From an uncultured bacterium (lineage in GTDB: Bacteria > Patescibacteriota > Microgenomatia > Levybacterales > UBA12049): a stretch of 64,000 bases of DNA. Made by a program: the position numbers and the translations under genes. The notes under the pieces were generated by a model. That model was not told where the DNA came from, ran no database searches, and saw only the letters and a program-made list of their open reading frames with translations. The stretch covers positions 170,814 through 234,813 of the forward strand of contig CAWGXL010000010.1 of assembly GCA_963826535.1 (NCBI GenBank), given 5' to 3'. Below, one piece after another: positions 17,931 to 28,616 of this stretch (the stretch's first letter is position 1; each line of letters starts with the position of its first letter).

Positions 17931-20786
17931 ATGCAGATGCTACGGAAATTTAATAAGGAATTTGTATTCATCATAATAGCATTTTTACTTCCTTTACTTT
18001 TTTACATAACTATTTTTTTTGGTAATTCTTTCGGATTTGACTGTGCACCTGGAGTTATGGGCAATTATCCTCCTTATGGACAGAAATTAACTCCATCCAA
18101 TTTATATTGCGCGTCTATTCTGGATCCCGGAGCTTATACATGGCAATTTCCTGCAATGTGGGCTTCTGTAGCAAGACAATTTTTCCAAGGTAATTTTGCG
18201 ATTTGGTCACAAAACATAGGCATAGGGATTCCCCTTGCCGCGAATTTCCAATCAAACGCCTTTAATCCTATTTTATTACCTTTTATACTATTATTTAAGG
18301 CTTCGAATCTAAACCTTTTTTATCTTGATATATTCTTCGTTTTTCGCTACATGATTATGTCATTAGGCATGTATTTATTCCTGCGTAGTTTGAAACTGGA
18401 TAGATCTATTGCTTATATCGGTTCCTTAGCGTTTATATCAGCAGGCTACTTTATCAACATTCCAACCATGGCACATCACAACGTAGATATGTTACTGCCA
18501 CTTATCGCTTGGTCTATTAATAAATTCTACTTCACAAAGCAAACGAAATGGATAGGAATAAGTGCACTATTGCTTGGGTTATCAATGCTGGGAGGTATGC
18601 CTGAATCAAGTATTTTTATATTGTTTTTCTCTTTTTTATATGTAACATTTCTTTCTTTATTTTATATCCGGCAAAAGAAAATATTATTTTTGACTCTAGG
18701 ATGGTTAACTACTTTAATAGGTTTTCTGATAGGTGCAATACTTTATTTGCCCGGAATAGAGTATGTCCTGAATGGTGTAAATAATCACTCTCAGGGCTCA
18801 CAATATTATTTTGATGCTAGGAATATAATTTTATTCTTTTTACCTAAAATTTTTGGAGGTGCGCCTTTTTACTGGTCAGGATTTGCAGACAAAATTGATT
18901 TTAGTCCTCAATCATGGAATTATATAGGTTCAATAATTTTCTTTCTTTATCTGCTTAGTTTTACATATTTAAAAGATGTCTATAAGGAAATTAATAAAAA
19001 TAGAATTACAATCATTTTCTTTTTCTTTTTTATATTACTTGCAATATTACTTCTTCAACTCTATGGAATAATACACTTTTTTATATTTGAATATTTACCT
19101 GGCTTCAGGGAAACTCAGTTCACGAAATATAGTTCTGCGTTAATAAATTTTTCCATAATTACTTCCGTCAGCATATTTCTTCCAATTTTATTCAAGAAAA
19201 AATCCTTAAGAATCCTAATAGTTTATATCTTATTTGCTGCAATTTTATTGTTTATTAACTTCCACTATCAGGAGATTATCACGTCAAATTACTTTATTAA
19301 TAAATATATTGGTCTAGCTTCGAATATTTTCTTCTCATTAGTATTTATTTCAATAATAATATTCACTCTTTATAAATTTAATAATAAAAAAATAATATTA
19401 TGGATCATTTTCTTGTTACTTTTGATGGAATTTTTTATATATTTTCCGCGTTTCGGAGACAAGACAAGAAAAGATAGTTTCAGGCAACCACCAGGTATCA
19501 GTTTTCTGCAAAAGCAGAATTATCATGATTTTAGAATAATTGGATTGGACAACATACTTTTCCCCGACTTATCGGCAATATATGATTTAAATGATATGAG
19601 AATGCTTGATGCACTATGGATTGGTCGTTATTACGATTATATTAAAAACTTCTATGCCGTACCAGATGCTTATCGCATAACAGGTATCCAGGAAGTAAAC
19701 GCAACTCAGTCTGCCAATATAATAAACAACAATTTTTTTGATATGTTGTCCGTCAAATATCTATTAAGCTTTAATAATATCCAGGACACCATAATTGAAA
19801 ATGGATATATAACAGAAATGCTAAAACAAAATCCCAATGTGGAGAATTTTAATAAATCTATATTTACAATAAAAAAAGACTCGAAAAAAGTTTTATTCGA
19901 GCATGCTCCAAATAATATAAAAGCCGACTTGATCAAGCCACAAGATGCCCAATATTTAATACTTTTTCCGGCAATGAGTCAAGATTTATTCGGAAAAAAA
20001 GAAGGAGATGGAGTTGGATTTATTGCTAAAGCTTATGTCAATGGTTCACAAATAGATGCTCAAGAAATCTCAATTAACCCATCACACAATAAATCCGATG
20101 AAAAATGGTTCACTATGAAGCTAGGACCATTTCCGAATAGCGATGAATCCTATAAATTTAATTTAGAACTGATTACCGTCCAATTGCAGAATAATGCGTT
20201 TGACTGGGCAGGGTGGGGTGGATTCACATGGGATACGGAGCTGAATAAAGCAATAGATAAATATAAACTTGTATATGATAAGGATATGAAAATTTACGAA
20301 AACAAAGATTTCATTCCACGCTTAAGATTCATCAGTCAAACGATATGTGTGAATTCTAACAAGACAAAGCAAAATGAGAATGCCTATATTGTTGATCTAA
20401 TGAAACAGCATGCACAAGAAATCAAAAACCTGGCAATAGTTGAGTCCGATAATTGCCGAAATAGGACATACGACCCGGGGAAAGGAAATTTTTATTCACA
20501 ACAATTCCAGGATCAGAAAATTTCATTTACTTATTCATCCCAGGAAGAACAATATGCAATATTATCAGATTCGTATTATCCTGGATGGAATATCTATATT
20601 AAAGGTAAAAAAGGAGTCATTGACCCTGCAAACCTTGCCTTCAGAGGATTCAAGTTGCCACAAGGAGATAATGTAAAAGTTGAAATAAAGTACGAGCCGA
20701 TTAGTTTTCAAATTGGATTATTTATATCTCTATTTAGTTTAGGTATAATAATTATTATTATCTATAAAAATAAAAAAATTAAATGA
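17931..20786 (+). CDS. large polytopic membrane protein with extracytoplasmic C-terminal domain (YfhO-like, putative glycan-modifying GT-C)
   Basis: 951 aa, of which ~480 aa are TM-rich and followed by a soluble domain. The architecture resembles the YfhO family. Confidence 0.4.
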   Translation: MQMLRKFNKEFVFIIIAFLLPLLFYITIFFGNSFGFDCAPGVMGNYPPYGQKLTPSNLYCASILDPGAYTWQFPAMWASVARQFFQGNFAIWSQNIGIGIPLAANFQSNAFNPILLPFILLFKASNLNLFYLDIFFVFRYMIMSLGMYLFLRSLKLDRSIAYIGSLAFISAGYFINIPTMAHHNVDMLLPLIAWSINKFYFTKQTKWIGISALLLGLSMLGGMPESSIFILFFSFLYVTFLSLFYIRQKKILFLTLGWLTTLIGFLIGAILYLPGIEYVLNGVNNHSQGSQYYFDARNIILFFLPKIFGGAPFYWSGFADKIDFSPQSWNYIGSIIFFLYLLSFTYLKDVYKEINKNRITIIFFFFFILLAILLLQLYGIIHFFIFEYLPGFRETQFTKYSSALINFSIITSVSIFLPILFKKKSLRILIVYILFAAILLFINFHYQEIITSNYFINKYIGLASNIFFSLVFISIIIFTLYKFNNKKIILWIIFLLLLMEFFIYFPRFGDKTRKDSFRQPPGISFLQKQNYHDFRIIGLDNILFPDLSAIYDLNDMRMLDALWIGRYYDYIKNFYAVPDAYRITGIQEVNATQSANIINNNFFDMLSVKYLLSFNNIQDTIIENGYITEMLKQNPNVENFNKSIFTIKKDSKKVLFEHAPNNIKADLIKPQDAQYLILFPAMSQDLFGKKEGDGVGFIAKAYVNGSQIDAQEISINPSHNKSDEKWFTMKLGPFPNSDESYKFNLELITVQLQNNAFDWAGWGGFTWDTELNKAIDKYKLVYDKDMKIYENKDFIPRLRFISQTICVNSNKTKQNENAYIVDLMKQHAQEIKNLAIVESDNCRNRTYDPGKGNFYSQQFQDQKISFTYSSQEEQYAILSDSYYPGWNIYIKGKKGVIDPANLAFRGFKLPQGDNVKVEIKYEPISFQIGLFISLFSLGIIIIIIYKNKKIK

Positions 20787-21769
20787 TCAATCAAAAAATA
20801 AAAAAAACCGACTCAAAAAAAATAAAAGAAATGTGGGGCTCACATGAGCATACAGTTGAAAGATATGGAAAAGGGTTTCATTGGGTAGAATCACCTGTAA
20901 TAATGGAAGCAATAAATCGAAAAATTAGCGGTGATAGTAGCATAGATTGGCTTTCCTATGTTATAGCAAAATACTTATCACATAAAAAAAGCGACTATAT
21001 TGGTTTGTCTTTAGGATGTGGAACGGGAATACTGGAAAGACAGGTACAGCAAAAAAATTTATTTAAACGAATTGAAGCATTCGATTTTGCAGATGAAGTA
21101 ATTAGGCAGGCAAAAGAATCCGCGCATAAAGAAGGATTGAAAATCAGTTATCATGTTGCGGATTTAAATAAATTAAAATTAAAGAAGAATTATTATCATT
21201 TTATATTCGCTAACTCTGTTCTGCATCATTTAAAGAATTTGGAATTTGTATATAATCAAATTAGTCAAGCTCTTGTAGATGGCGGTATAGTTTTCATAAA
21301 TGAATATGTTGGCCCTTCACAATTTCAATATACGGATAAACAAACTGAAATAATAAATAACATCCTAGATATTTTGCCTAAACAGTATAAGAAAAGGGTT
21401 ACTGATCATAAAAGCTTAAAGCCTCATTTTTACCCTGCTAGCATAGATTATATGAACGATCATGATCCCTCTGAAGCAGTTAGATCAAAAGAAATAATTC
21501 CTTTATTGAAAAAAAAATTCGATATTATTGAACATAAAGATTTTGGTGGATCTTTGCTCCATATGCTAATGCAAGATATTGTAGGAAATTTTAACTCTAA
21601 AAACGAAAAAGATATAGTTTTACTTAAATTATTAATTTATATAGAAGAATATTTAATTAAATCGAAAGTAATTGAAAGTGATTTCTCATTTCTGGTTGTA
21701 CGTAAAAGGACTAAACTACGTTCATCCATTTCAAAGTTTCAGTCAATCCTGAAGAAAGTGAAGTCTTAG
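20783..21769 (+). CDS. class I SAM-dependent methyltransferase
   Basis: ATGA overlap with the upstream gene. Motif I LSLGCGTGILE, and acidic residue FDFADE. Confidence 0.75.
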   Translation: MINQKIKKTDSKKIKEMWGSHEHTVERYGKGFHWVESPVIMEAINRKISGDSSIDWLSYVIAKYLSHKKSDYIGLSLGCGTGILERQVQQKNLFKRIEAFDFADEVIRQAKESAHKEGLKISYHVADLNKLKLKKNYYHFIFANSVLHHLKNLEFVYNQISQALVDGGIVFINEYVGPSQFQYTDKQTEIINNILDILPKQYKKRVTDHKSLKPHFYPASIDYMNDHDPSEAVRSKEIIPLLKKKFDIIEHKDFGGSLLHMLMQDIVGNFNSKNEKDIVLLKLLIYIEEYLIKSKVIESDFSFLVVRKRTKLRSSISKFQSILKKVKS

Positions 21770-22658
21770 GTTTCCAGCTAAACTCATTTTTAAAACGGGA
21801 GATGTCCAAAATTACTTTATCAATATCGAAGATGCGTTTTTCTTTATATAGTACCTTAACTTTGCTATGAGAAATATCTTTAATTAATGCCCAAACGTCT
21901 TTAATTTTTACACCCTTACCTGACCCAATATTATAAATTTCATGCTTATTCTTTCTATTAAATGAGATGGCTATTGCATCGATCAAATCGTCGATATAGA
22001 TAAAATCCCGGATTAACTTTCCGTAATTAAAAAGTGTCGGTGAGGTATTATTCTGTATATGATGCACTATTGTTGGTATTAAGGCAAAGCCCTCTTTCGG
22101 CAGTTGATTCGGCCCGTAAGGATTACTAATGCGATATATAAGACACTCAACCTGGTATTGATGAGCATAATAACGAAGGAAATATTCTATTGTCAATTTT
22201 CCTATTGCATACGGTGAACTGGGTTTTGGGACTGCCTCTTCGCATATTGGCAAAACTTGATTCTCACCATATATTCCGCCACCGGAGGAAGGAAAAATAA
22301 TTTTCTTAACTCTTTTCTCGCAGGCAATTTTAATAAAGTTTTCATGTAAAAAAATATCTTCTTGAATTACCCTTAGGGGGGATTGCATTGACGTGAACGG
22401 TACTGTTGAAGAAATTAAATCAAAAACAATATCCTTCGGCTGAAGTATTTCATTAATCAATTTAGAATTGGAAAAATCTTCAATTATTATTTGAATCTTA
22501 TTTTTATATTTATTCCTTAATTGATCTAAATTGCTTTTATTTTCATGTGTTAACCTGGTAAATATAGTAACATGAAAATCATCCTGAAGTAGCTTTTTTG
22601 ATAAATGACTTCCGATGAATCCTGCTCCTCCAAATAAAACAATTCTAGATTTTTTCAT
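21711..22658 (-). CDS. NAD-dependent epimerase/dehydratase (extended SDR)
   Basis: N-terminus RIVLFGGAGFIGSHL and a YAIGK-type YxxxK motif. Confidence 0.75.
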   Translation of the reverse strand: MKKSRIVLFGGAGFIGSHLSKKLLQDDFHVTIFTRLTHENKSNLDQLRNKYKNKIQIIIEDFSNSKLINEILQPKDIVFDLISSTVPFTSMQSPLRVIQEDIFLHENFIKIACEKRVKKIIFPSSGGGIYGENQVLPICEEAVPKPSSPYAIGKLTIEYFLRYYAHQYQVECLIYRISNPYGPNQLPKEGFALIPTIVHHIQNNTSPTLFNYGKLIRDFIYIDDLIDAIAISFNRKNKHEIYNIGSGKGVKIKDVWALIKDISHSKVKVLYKEKRIFDIDKVILDISRFKNEFSWKPKTSLSSGLTETLKWMNVV

Positions 22659-22664
22659 ACAGTT

Positions 22665-24003
22665 TTAATTTAATAAATTCTTATAAACCGTTACTAACTC
22701 CTTAACATTTTCTTCAATAGATATTTGTTGTGGGAAATATTGTTCCATTTCTTGCATAATTTTTGGATTTTGAATAAAACGCTTGATTTTGCTTGCTAAA
22801 TCAGCACTATTTTCGTTCTCAAAAAGCATCCCTGTTTTATTTTCAATAATAATTTCAGGTAAGCTTCCCAAATTTGTTGCAATGACCGGAGTTTTAGTCA
22901 ATAAAGCATTACGTACTACTAAAGGAGCATTCTTCGAACCATCTTGAAGGTACAATTAGTATATCTATTTCTTTATATACATTAGCTATTTTTTGGGAAT
23001 CAAATGTTCCGCATAACTGAACGTTTTTTAATCCTTTCAAAAGTTTGTAAATCTTTATTGAATATTTGGGATCTGTGTTCAAATCTCCGTATATTTTCAA
23101 CACGATTTTATTGCTATTTAATTCCTTCCATGCTTTTAGCAGTATATCCAGACCTTTTGAATTAATAATACTGCCTATAAATGCAAAACGGATTTTATCT
23201 GCAGCTTTTTTATGAAAATTATTAAAAAGCGATACGTTAACTCCATGAGAAGAAACTATAACCTTTTTTGCGTAAAAACCCCATTTACAAAAATCTCTAT
23301 ATAAAAATAGTGTTGGAAAAATAGCTAAATCCAGTAATGCTAAATTCTTTCGGATAAGATAATTTCTTTTTTTTATCATCGCAACATACTGTGTTTTTTC
23401 TAAATGATATATGGCATTACCAATAAATCTATACAATATTTTCTTAGTAAGATATTTTATATTCATTTTGAATGGATCATCTGTATTAAATCTATTATGG
23501 TTAAAAAATCCTATTGTAAAGAGATTTGCAAGATCCTCTGCCAGATTTTCATCTGCAGGATTAATTAATAATGCATTTTTACTTGTAATCCTATTAAATA
23601 ACATAGTTTGGAGCCAGAAATCATTAACGGTCATAATCTGGGGGATGCCTGAAACATATCCAGCTTGAATTAGATTAATTGATAAATGCATTAAGTGTTG
23701 ATAATGGATAATATCAGGCTTAAATTCTTGTAATAATACCTTGAAACCAGGTATAACTTTATCATCGTTGTATGTTTTCTCGAAATTTTTTATTTTTTTA
23801 ATATTTTTTCTTAAGCGGTAAACGGTTATTCCGTAATATTCATCGGCCTTAATCTCATAATCACCATTTTTATCTAAGGGTTCAGTAGTAAAAATAACTA
23901 CTTCATGATTTTTGCTAAGCGTTTTGGCTAATTCATATGTATATACTTCAGTTCCGCCTACATAATTTGGCAGGAAAGTGTGGGTTACTAATAAAATTTT
24001 CAT
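22665..24003 (-). pseudogene. GT4 glycosyltransferase split by a frameshift (ORFs 22909..24003 and 22665..22955)
   Basis: The N-terminal ORF carries the GT4 N-domain (MKILLVTHTFLPNYVGGTEVY) and ends at VPSRWFEE. The downstream ORF, in another frame, carries the C-terminal motif (TKTPVIATNLGSLPEIIIENKTGMLF). Confidence 0.55.
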
Positions 24004-25514
24004 ACGTCTTTTGATAATATAGAATCTAAATTATTTTCTAATTCCTCCCTTTTAGGATTCTTCTTATCCAAAGTTAAAAAAACAAGATTATTGCTAACTA
24101 TTATAGCCATTAACTTCTCAAAAAATGGAATGATCTGTTTATCAGAATAAATTTGCCCTTTCATTAGCTTAGTCGCATCATTAAATACATTATAGACTTG
24201 TGAATATGTTATTTGCATATATTTATTTGTTAAATCTGTCCGCGATATAAGTATTATTTTTAATAAATGAGAAATATTTTCTAAATTTTGTAAAAATTCA
24301 GATTTATATTTATTTGACACATTATTATTAATTTTAATCTTAATAAGTTCGTTATACTCGGGTATATTTTTTGAAACGGGGTGCAATTGAAAATGTTGCT
24401 GTAATAGAAGATAGAGAATATAAATAGTTTGGAGTAAATCTTGGGGATTTGTAGAAATAGTATTTACTTTCTCTCTAAACAATTTATATACTGTTTTTGT
24501 ATCTACATAATATCTTTTAAAAAAATAAGTAATAGAGCGCGTATGTGAATGAATTACACCACTCTGCCCTGTAAATCCGATCTTATAACCCTGCTTTAAT
24601 GCCCTTATTGCAAATTCAATATCTTCTGCAAATTCAATTTTTCGATAACCTCCCAATTTTATAAAATTATCTCTTTTAACACAAGAACAAACATCATCGA
24701 ACAGAGATATTTTTCTCTTTAATATAAAAGGCAGTGAATAAAAATTAATATTTTTAGGAAGTTTGGATATATAATTTGAATTATTAAGATATAAAGCTGA
24801 ATTATGATGTATCATTTGCCATTTAGCGAATAAATCAGCATCCGGGTAAGGTGTCTGTTTTGTAGAAACTCCTATAATGGAATCTTCTGAAGACAGAAGA
24901 GTTAATAAATTAACATATGTATAATTATCAATAGGTAATGCATCCTGAACTGCAAAAATAATATATTTACCTTTTGCAACCTCAGCTCCTATATTTCGAG
25001 TTAAACCATGATTAAAATCTTTTTTATCAATCGAAATCACTTTTGCATGATAACGTCTGGCAATGGATACTGTTTTATCAATTGATCCTGAATCAATTAT
25101 TATAATTTCTGGGCTTTGAATTCCTTCTTGCATGCGAATTGCTGTAAAAAGATTCTCAAGGTATTCTGCTCCGTTTAATGTGGGGATAACTATACTAACA
25201 TCATCAAAAAATTTAGTACTTTTTGTGAAAGTAATATTTTTAATATATTTCTGTTCATTTTTATTACTCCGGGTAAGCCACTGAATTCTATTTTTTACAT
25301 TATATTTAATAGTCTTTTTAGCATATTGGTTTAATGTTGCGTATATTTGCCAGAGCATATATGCTTTAGAGGAAAAAATTATATTAAGTATTTTTTCAAA
25401 ATATTTTTTTTCTTCATGTGTTTCATACAATTCCATACGTAATACTTCCATTTGTGCTTCTAAGAGGTTTTTATCGAAGGAGTTAATTGTATTTTTTTTA
25501 GTTTTTCGAAGCAT
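24000..25514 (-). CDS. GT2 glycosyltransferase with N-terminal coiled-coil segment
   Basis: SIVIPTLNGAEYL..IIIDSGSIDKT GT-A motifs. The N-terminal coiled coil and a KAYMLWQ motif resemble the linker of the neighbouring 937-aa fusion. Confidence 0.7.
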   Translation of the reverse strand: MLRKTKKNTINSFDKNLLEAQMEVLRMELYETHEEKKYFEKILNIIFSSKAYMLWQIYATLNQYAKKTIKYNVKNRIQWLTRSNKNEQKYIKNITFTKSTKFFDDVSIVIPTLNGAEYLENLFTAIRMQEGIQSPEIIIIDSGSIDKTVSIARRYHAKVISIDKKDFNHGLTRNIGAEVAKGKYIIFAVQDALPIDNYTYVNLLTLLSSEDSIIGVSTKQTPYPDADLFAKWQMIHHNSALYLNNSNYISKLPKNINFYSLPFILKRKISLFDDVCSCVKRDNFIKLGGYRKIEFAEDIEFAIRALKQGYKIGFTGQSGVIHSHTRSITYFFKRYYVDTKTVYKLFREKVNTISTNPQDLLQTIYILYLLLQQHFQLHPVSKNIPEYNELIKIKINNNVSNKYKSEFLQNLENISHLLKIILISRTDLTNKYMQITYSQVYNVFNDATKLMKGQIYSDKQIIPFFEKLMAIIVSNNLVFLTLDKKNPKREELENNLDSILSKDV

Positions 25515-25523
25515 ACTTCTATT

Positions 25524-28337
25524 TTAAAAGATATCAATAGTATTCCTATTAAAGTAAGGATCATTATAAATCAGATGTTTCCATTTTTTATGCAATAATT
25601 CTAGCTCTTGCTTAAAAAATAGCATATTTCTATCAGAATCTCCCGGCCGCTTCATTGTAGCAGATTCATGATGAATAAGAACTCCATGGGAAGTATATAC
25701 ATTTTGATAGCCTTTCACTAATAATTTCAGGCAAAAATCAATATCGTTAAACGCAAGTTTATAAGACGAATTCATTCCCCCTACCGCCTTAAACTTTTTA
25801 CTATCAATCATCAAACAAGCTCCTGTTACAGCTATATAATTAGCTGTACCATAAATGCCACCATTTAATTGAGCATAATCTACATTATTTTGATAATTTT
25901 TGTAAATATGCGACGGTAAAATAAGTCCATCCAAAGTAAACTTAGGATTAAAGACTATTCCTGCATGTTGAATAGTATTATCGGGATATAATAGTTTTGC
26001 TCCGACAGCGCCAACTTCTTTTCTTTGCGCGTGTTCTAATAATGCTTCAATCCAGGTAGTTGTAACGATCTCAGTATCATTATTCAGGAAAAGAAAGTAT
26101 TCCCCGTTGCTATTTTTACTGCCATAGTTACAAACGGAAGAGAAGTTAAAGGAATTTTTCCAATGTATTACTTTTGTTTGAGCATACCTATTTTGAACAT
26201 TTTCATATAATTTCCAAATGTCTTTATTCTTAGATCCGGTATCAACTATTATTAACTCGTAGTTTTTATATGTAGATTTTTCAATTATTGATTCTAAACA
26301 TGGTTTAATTAATTCATACTGATCTTTTGTTGGTATAATAATTGACACTAGCGGGTTACCAATAATATTATACTTTACTCTCCATAAACCTAGGTATTCC
26401 GTAGATATTACTTTACCTTTTAATTTCCTATTAGCTAAATCACTTTCAAGCACTTTCTTTTGATTATTGATAGCATATTTTTTAATTGTTTGAATATGCT
26501 CAGGGGAAGATGTTGATAGCGACGATTTTCTCCACGAATAAAGTATACTTGGGATATGGATAATTTTATTTTTTACATTTTTCTTTTCAGTTTCTAAAGT
26601 AGCCCGTAAAAATAAATCCCAATCTTGTGCCCCTTCATATCCTTTACGAAAGGCACCAACTTTATGTATTAAAGATTTTTTTATGACAGCAAAATGAGTG
26701 ATGTAATTTAACGAACGCAGGAAGTCCGGACTCCAATCTGGTTTAAAAAAGGGATCAATATGAGTAAACCCATCATAATCAAGCTTATCCTCATCGCTAT
26801 AAATAAATTCAACATCTCTATTCTTATTGATCACTTTGGCTACTTCATAAAGGCAGTTTGGCCAAAGTATATCATCATGATCTAGAAATCCAATAAATTC
26901 CCCCTTAGCCAAACTTAAAGCAGAATTGGATGCCTCGCAAATATGACCATTTTTCTCTCCTAAAATATACTTTATTCTTTTATCTTTTTCAGCATACTCT
27001 TTTATTTTTTCTCTTACAGCATTATCATATGAAGCATCATCTGCAATACATAATTCCCAATTATTATATGTTTGGTTGATTAATGATTCTATACACTGAG
27101 CCAAAAAATTTATCGGTGTATTAAACACAGGGGTAATAAGAGATATTTTGGGACTGTATTTTAAATTACCATTATCATTTTGTTGTCGTGATATCTCTTC
27201 CTCCGAAGGATAATGTTCCATAAACCAATTTTGGTAGCGCTGATTAATATTCAGTACATTATTCTTGACGACTTCCATGTTCGCTAATCTTTTCTCAATT
27301 CCTCTCGGTCCTTCTTGAAAGAAAATCCTTCCTATTTTAATAATTTTTCTAGGATCATGGAGAGCCTTTTTCGCGATCTTTTTTGTTTTATTAAACCCCT
27401 GCCAAAGTTTAAATGTTTTCGCGGAAATAATATTATCTAAAATCGATTGTAACTGTAGTTTTACTTCTGTCAATGTCTTGACTTCATTTCTTAGCTTTTT
27501 TATATCCTCTTCATTATTTTTGTTTAAATTAATTAATTGACTTACGCTCTGTAGATTTTTGTCCATACCTTGAATTGCTTGGTTTCTCAGCATTTCATAT
27601 TCGTATGAATAACGCATCTGGAGATTTTTTTCTAATTTTAAAAATTCATTAGCCTGCCTATTTTTATTTTTAAATAAAACTCCTAAACCGAATGAGTGAA
27701 AAAATTCAATTGTTTTATACTTAGACTTTAATTCACCCCAAAGTTTATATACTCCAAAATCATCTTCTATTACTTTTATGTCATGAAATAAAATTATTCC
27801 TTGATCGCTTACTTTGTTTCGCCACCTTTCAAAATCATGTTTAACCACGTCATAAGTGTGGAACCCATCGATATGTAAAACATCTATAACTTTATCCGAA
27901 AATTCACTTAAGGCTTCATCAAAAGTTTTTCTTAGTAATTTAATTTTTTGATCTTTATAATACTTATTTTTTATTTCATTTACTTCTTCAAAAACTTCAT
28001 TGCCATAAAAACCACTATGTTCATCGCCCTTCCAATTGTCTATAGCGTAGAGCTTAGTATTTATGCCTCCGTCTTTAACAGCTTGGCAAAATGAGAAAAA
28101 TGAGGTTCCTCTATGAGTACCTATCTCAACAACTATATTTGGTTTTAAATTTCGTATAAGTTCATATGCAAAATGTCTATGTCCATACCAAGGCCAACCT
28201 AAGTCCTCAAATTTTTCGACATATTCAAATTTTGGATTAAATATTCGCCATTTTTTATACTTTCTATTAATTGGAAGTTCGCTCATCGGGCTATATCCAA
28301 TATACTTGTTTTTTTTCTTCTGTGTTGTATCATTCAT
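25524..28337 (-). CDS. multidomain methyltransferase - coiled-coil - GT2 - GT2 glycan polymerising/terminating enzyme (WsaE-like)
   Basis: 937 aa. N-terminal class I MTase fold (IVEIGTHRGTSFF..AIDNWKGDEHSG..VLHIDGFHTYD), a ~120-aa coiled-coil region, and two GT2 domains (ISLITPVFNTP..CIADDAS and VSIIIPTKDQYEL..IIVDTGS). Confidence 0.7.
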   Translation of the reverse strand: MNDTTQKKKNKYIGYSPMSELPINRKYKKWRIFNPKFEYVEKFEDLGWPWYGHRHFAYELIRNLKPNIVVEIGTHRGTSFFSFCQAVKDGGINTKLYAIDNWKGDEHSGFYGNEVFEEVNEIKNKYYKDQKIKLLRKTFDEALSEFSDKVIDVLHIDGFHTYDVVKHDFERWRNKVSDQGIILFHDIKVIEDDFGVYKLWGELKSKYKTIEFFHSFGLGVLFKNKNRQANEFLKLEKNLQMRYSYEYEMLRNQAIQGMDKNLQSVSQLINLNKNNEEDIKKLRNEVKTLTEVKLQLQSILDNIISAKTFKLWQGFNKTKKIAKKALHDPRKIIKIGRIFFQEGPRGIEKRLANMEVVKNNVLNINQRYQNWFMEHYPSEEEISRQQNDNGNLKYSPKISLITPVFNTPINFLAQCIESLINQTYNNWELCIADDASYDNAVREKIKEYAEKDKRIKYILGEKNGHICEASNSALSLAKGEFIGFLDHDDILWPNCLYEVAKVINKNRDVEFIYSDEDKLDYDGFTHIDPFFKPDWSPDFLRSLNYITHFAVIKKSLIHKVGAFRKGYEGAQDWDLFLRATLETEKKNVKNKIIHIPSILYSWRKSSLSTSSPEHIQTIKKYAINNQKKVLESDLANRKLKGKVISTEYLGLWRVKYNIIGNPLVSIIIPTKDQYELIKPCLESIIEKSTYKNYELIIVDTGSKNKDIWKLYENVQNRYAQTKVIHWKNSFNFSSVCNYGSKNSNGEYFLFLNNDTEIVTTTWIEALLEHAQRKEVGAVGAKLLYPDNTIQHAGIVFNPKFTLDGLILPSHIYKNYQNNVDYAQLNGGIYGTANYIAVTGACLMIDSKKFKAVGGMNSSYKLAFNDIDFCLKLLVKGYQNVYTSHGVLIHHESATMKRPGDSDRNMLFFKQELELLHKKWKHLIYNDPYFNRNTIDIF

Positions 28338-28490
28338 ATTGAATGTTTAATAAATGACTTTTAAAGTGAATTTGAAACTTTGAACTTAATTTAAACCATC
28401 CTAAATTTTATTTAGGAGTACTATGAATGGTACAATATTTCTCTTTCAAGCTTGATGAGCAATAATATAAATTTATCTAAAATAGAATAG

Positions 28491-28519
28491 TTGATTTTTA
28501 CTCATTTTGCAAGTATTAT
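28491..28519 (+). promoter_or_regulatory. conserved promoter TTGATT-N17-TATTAT (copy 1 of a motif repeated at 43311)
   Basis: The 45-nt block AAATAGAATAGTTGATTTTTACTCATTTTGCAAGTATTAT is ~85% identical to 43301-43345. Confidence 0.45.
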
Positions 28520-28616
28520 TTGATTCGAATATCTTAGCGATTATGTATTTTATGACTATCATGCATGAAAATGTTATATTAACTTAACATCAAATTTTGC
28601 TATAGTTAAATATAAT

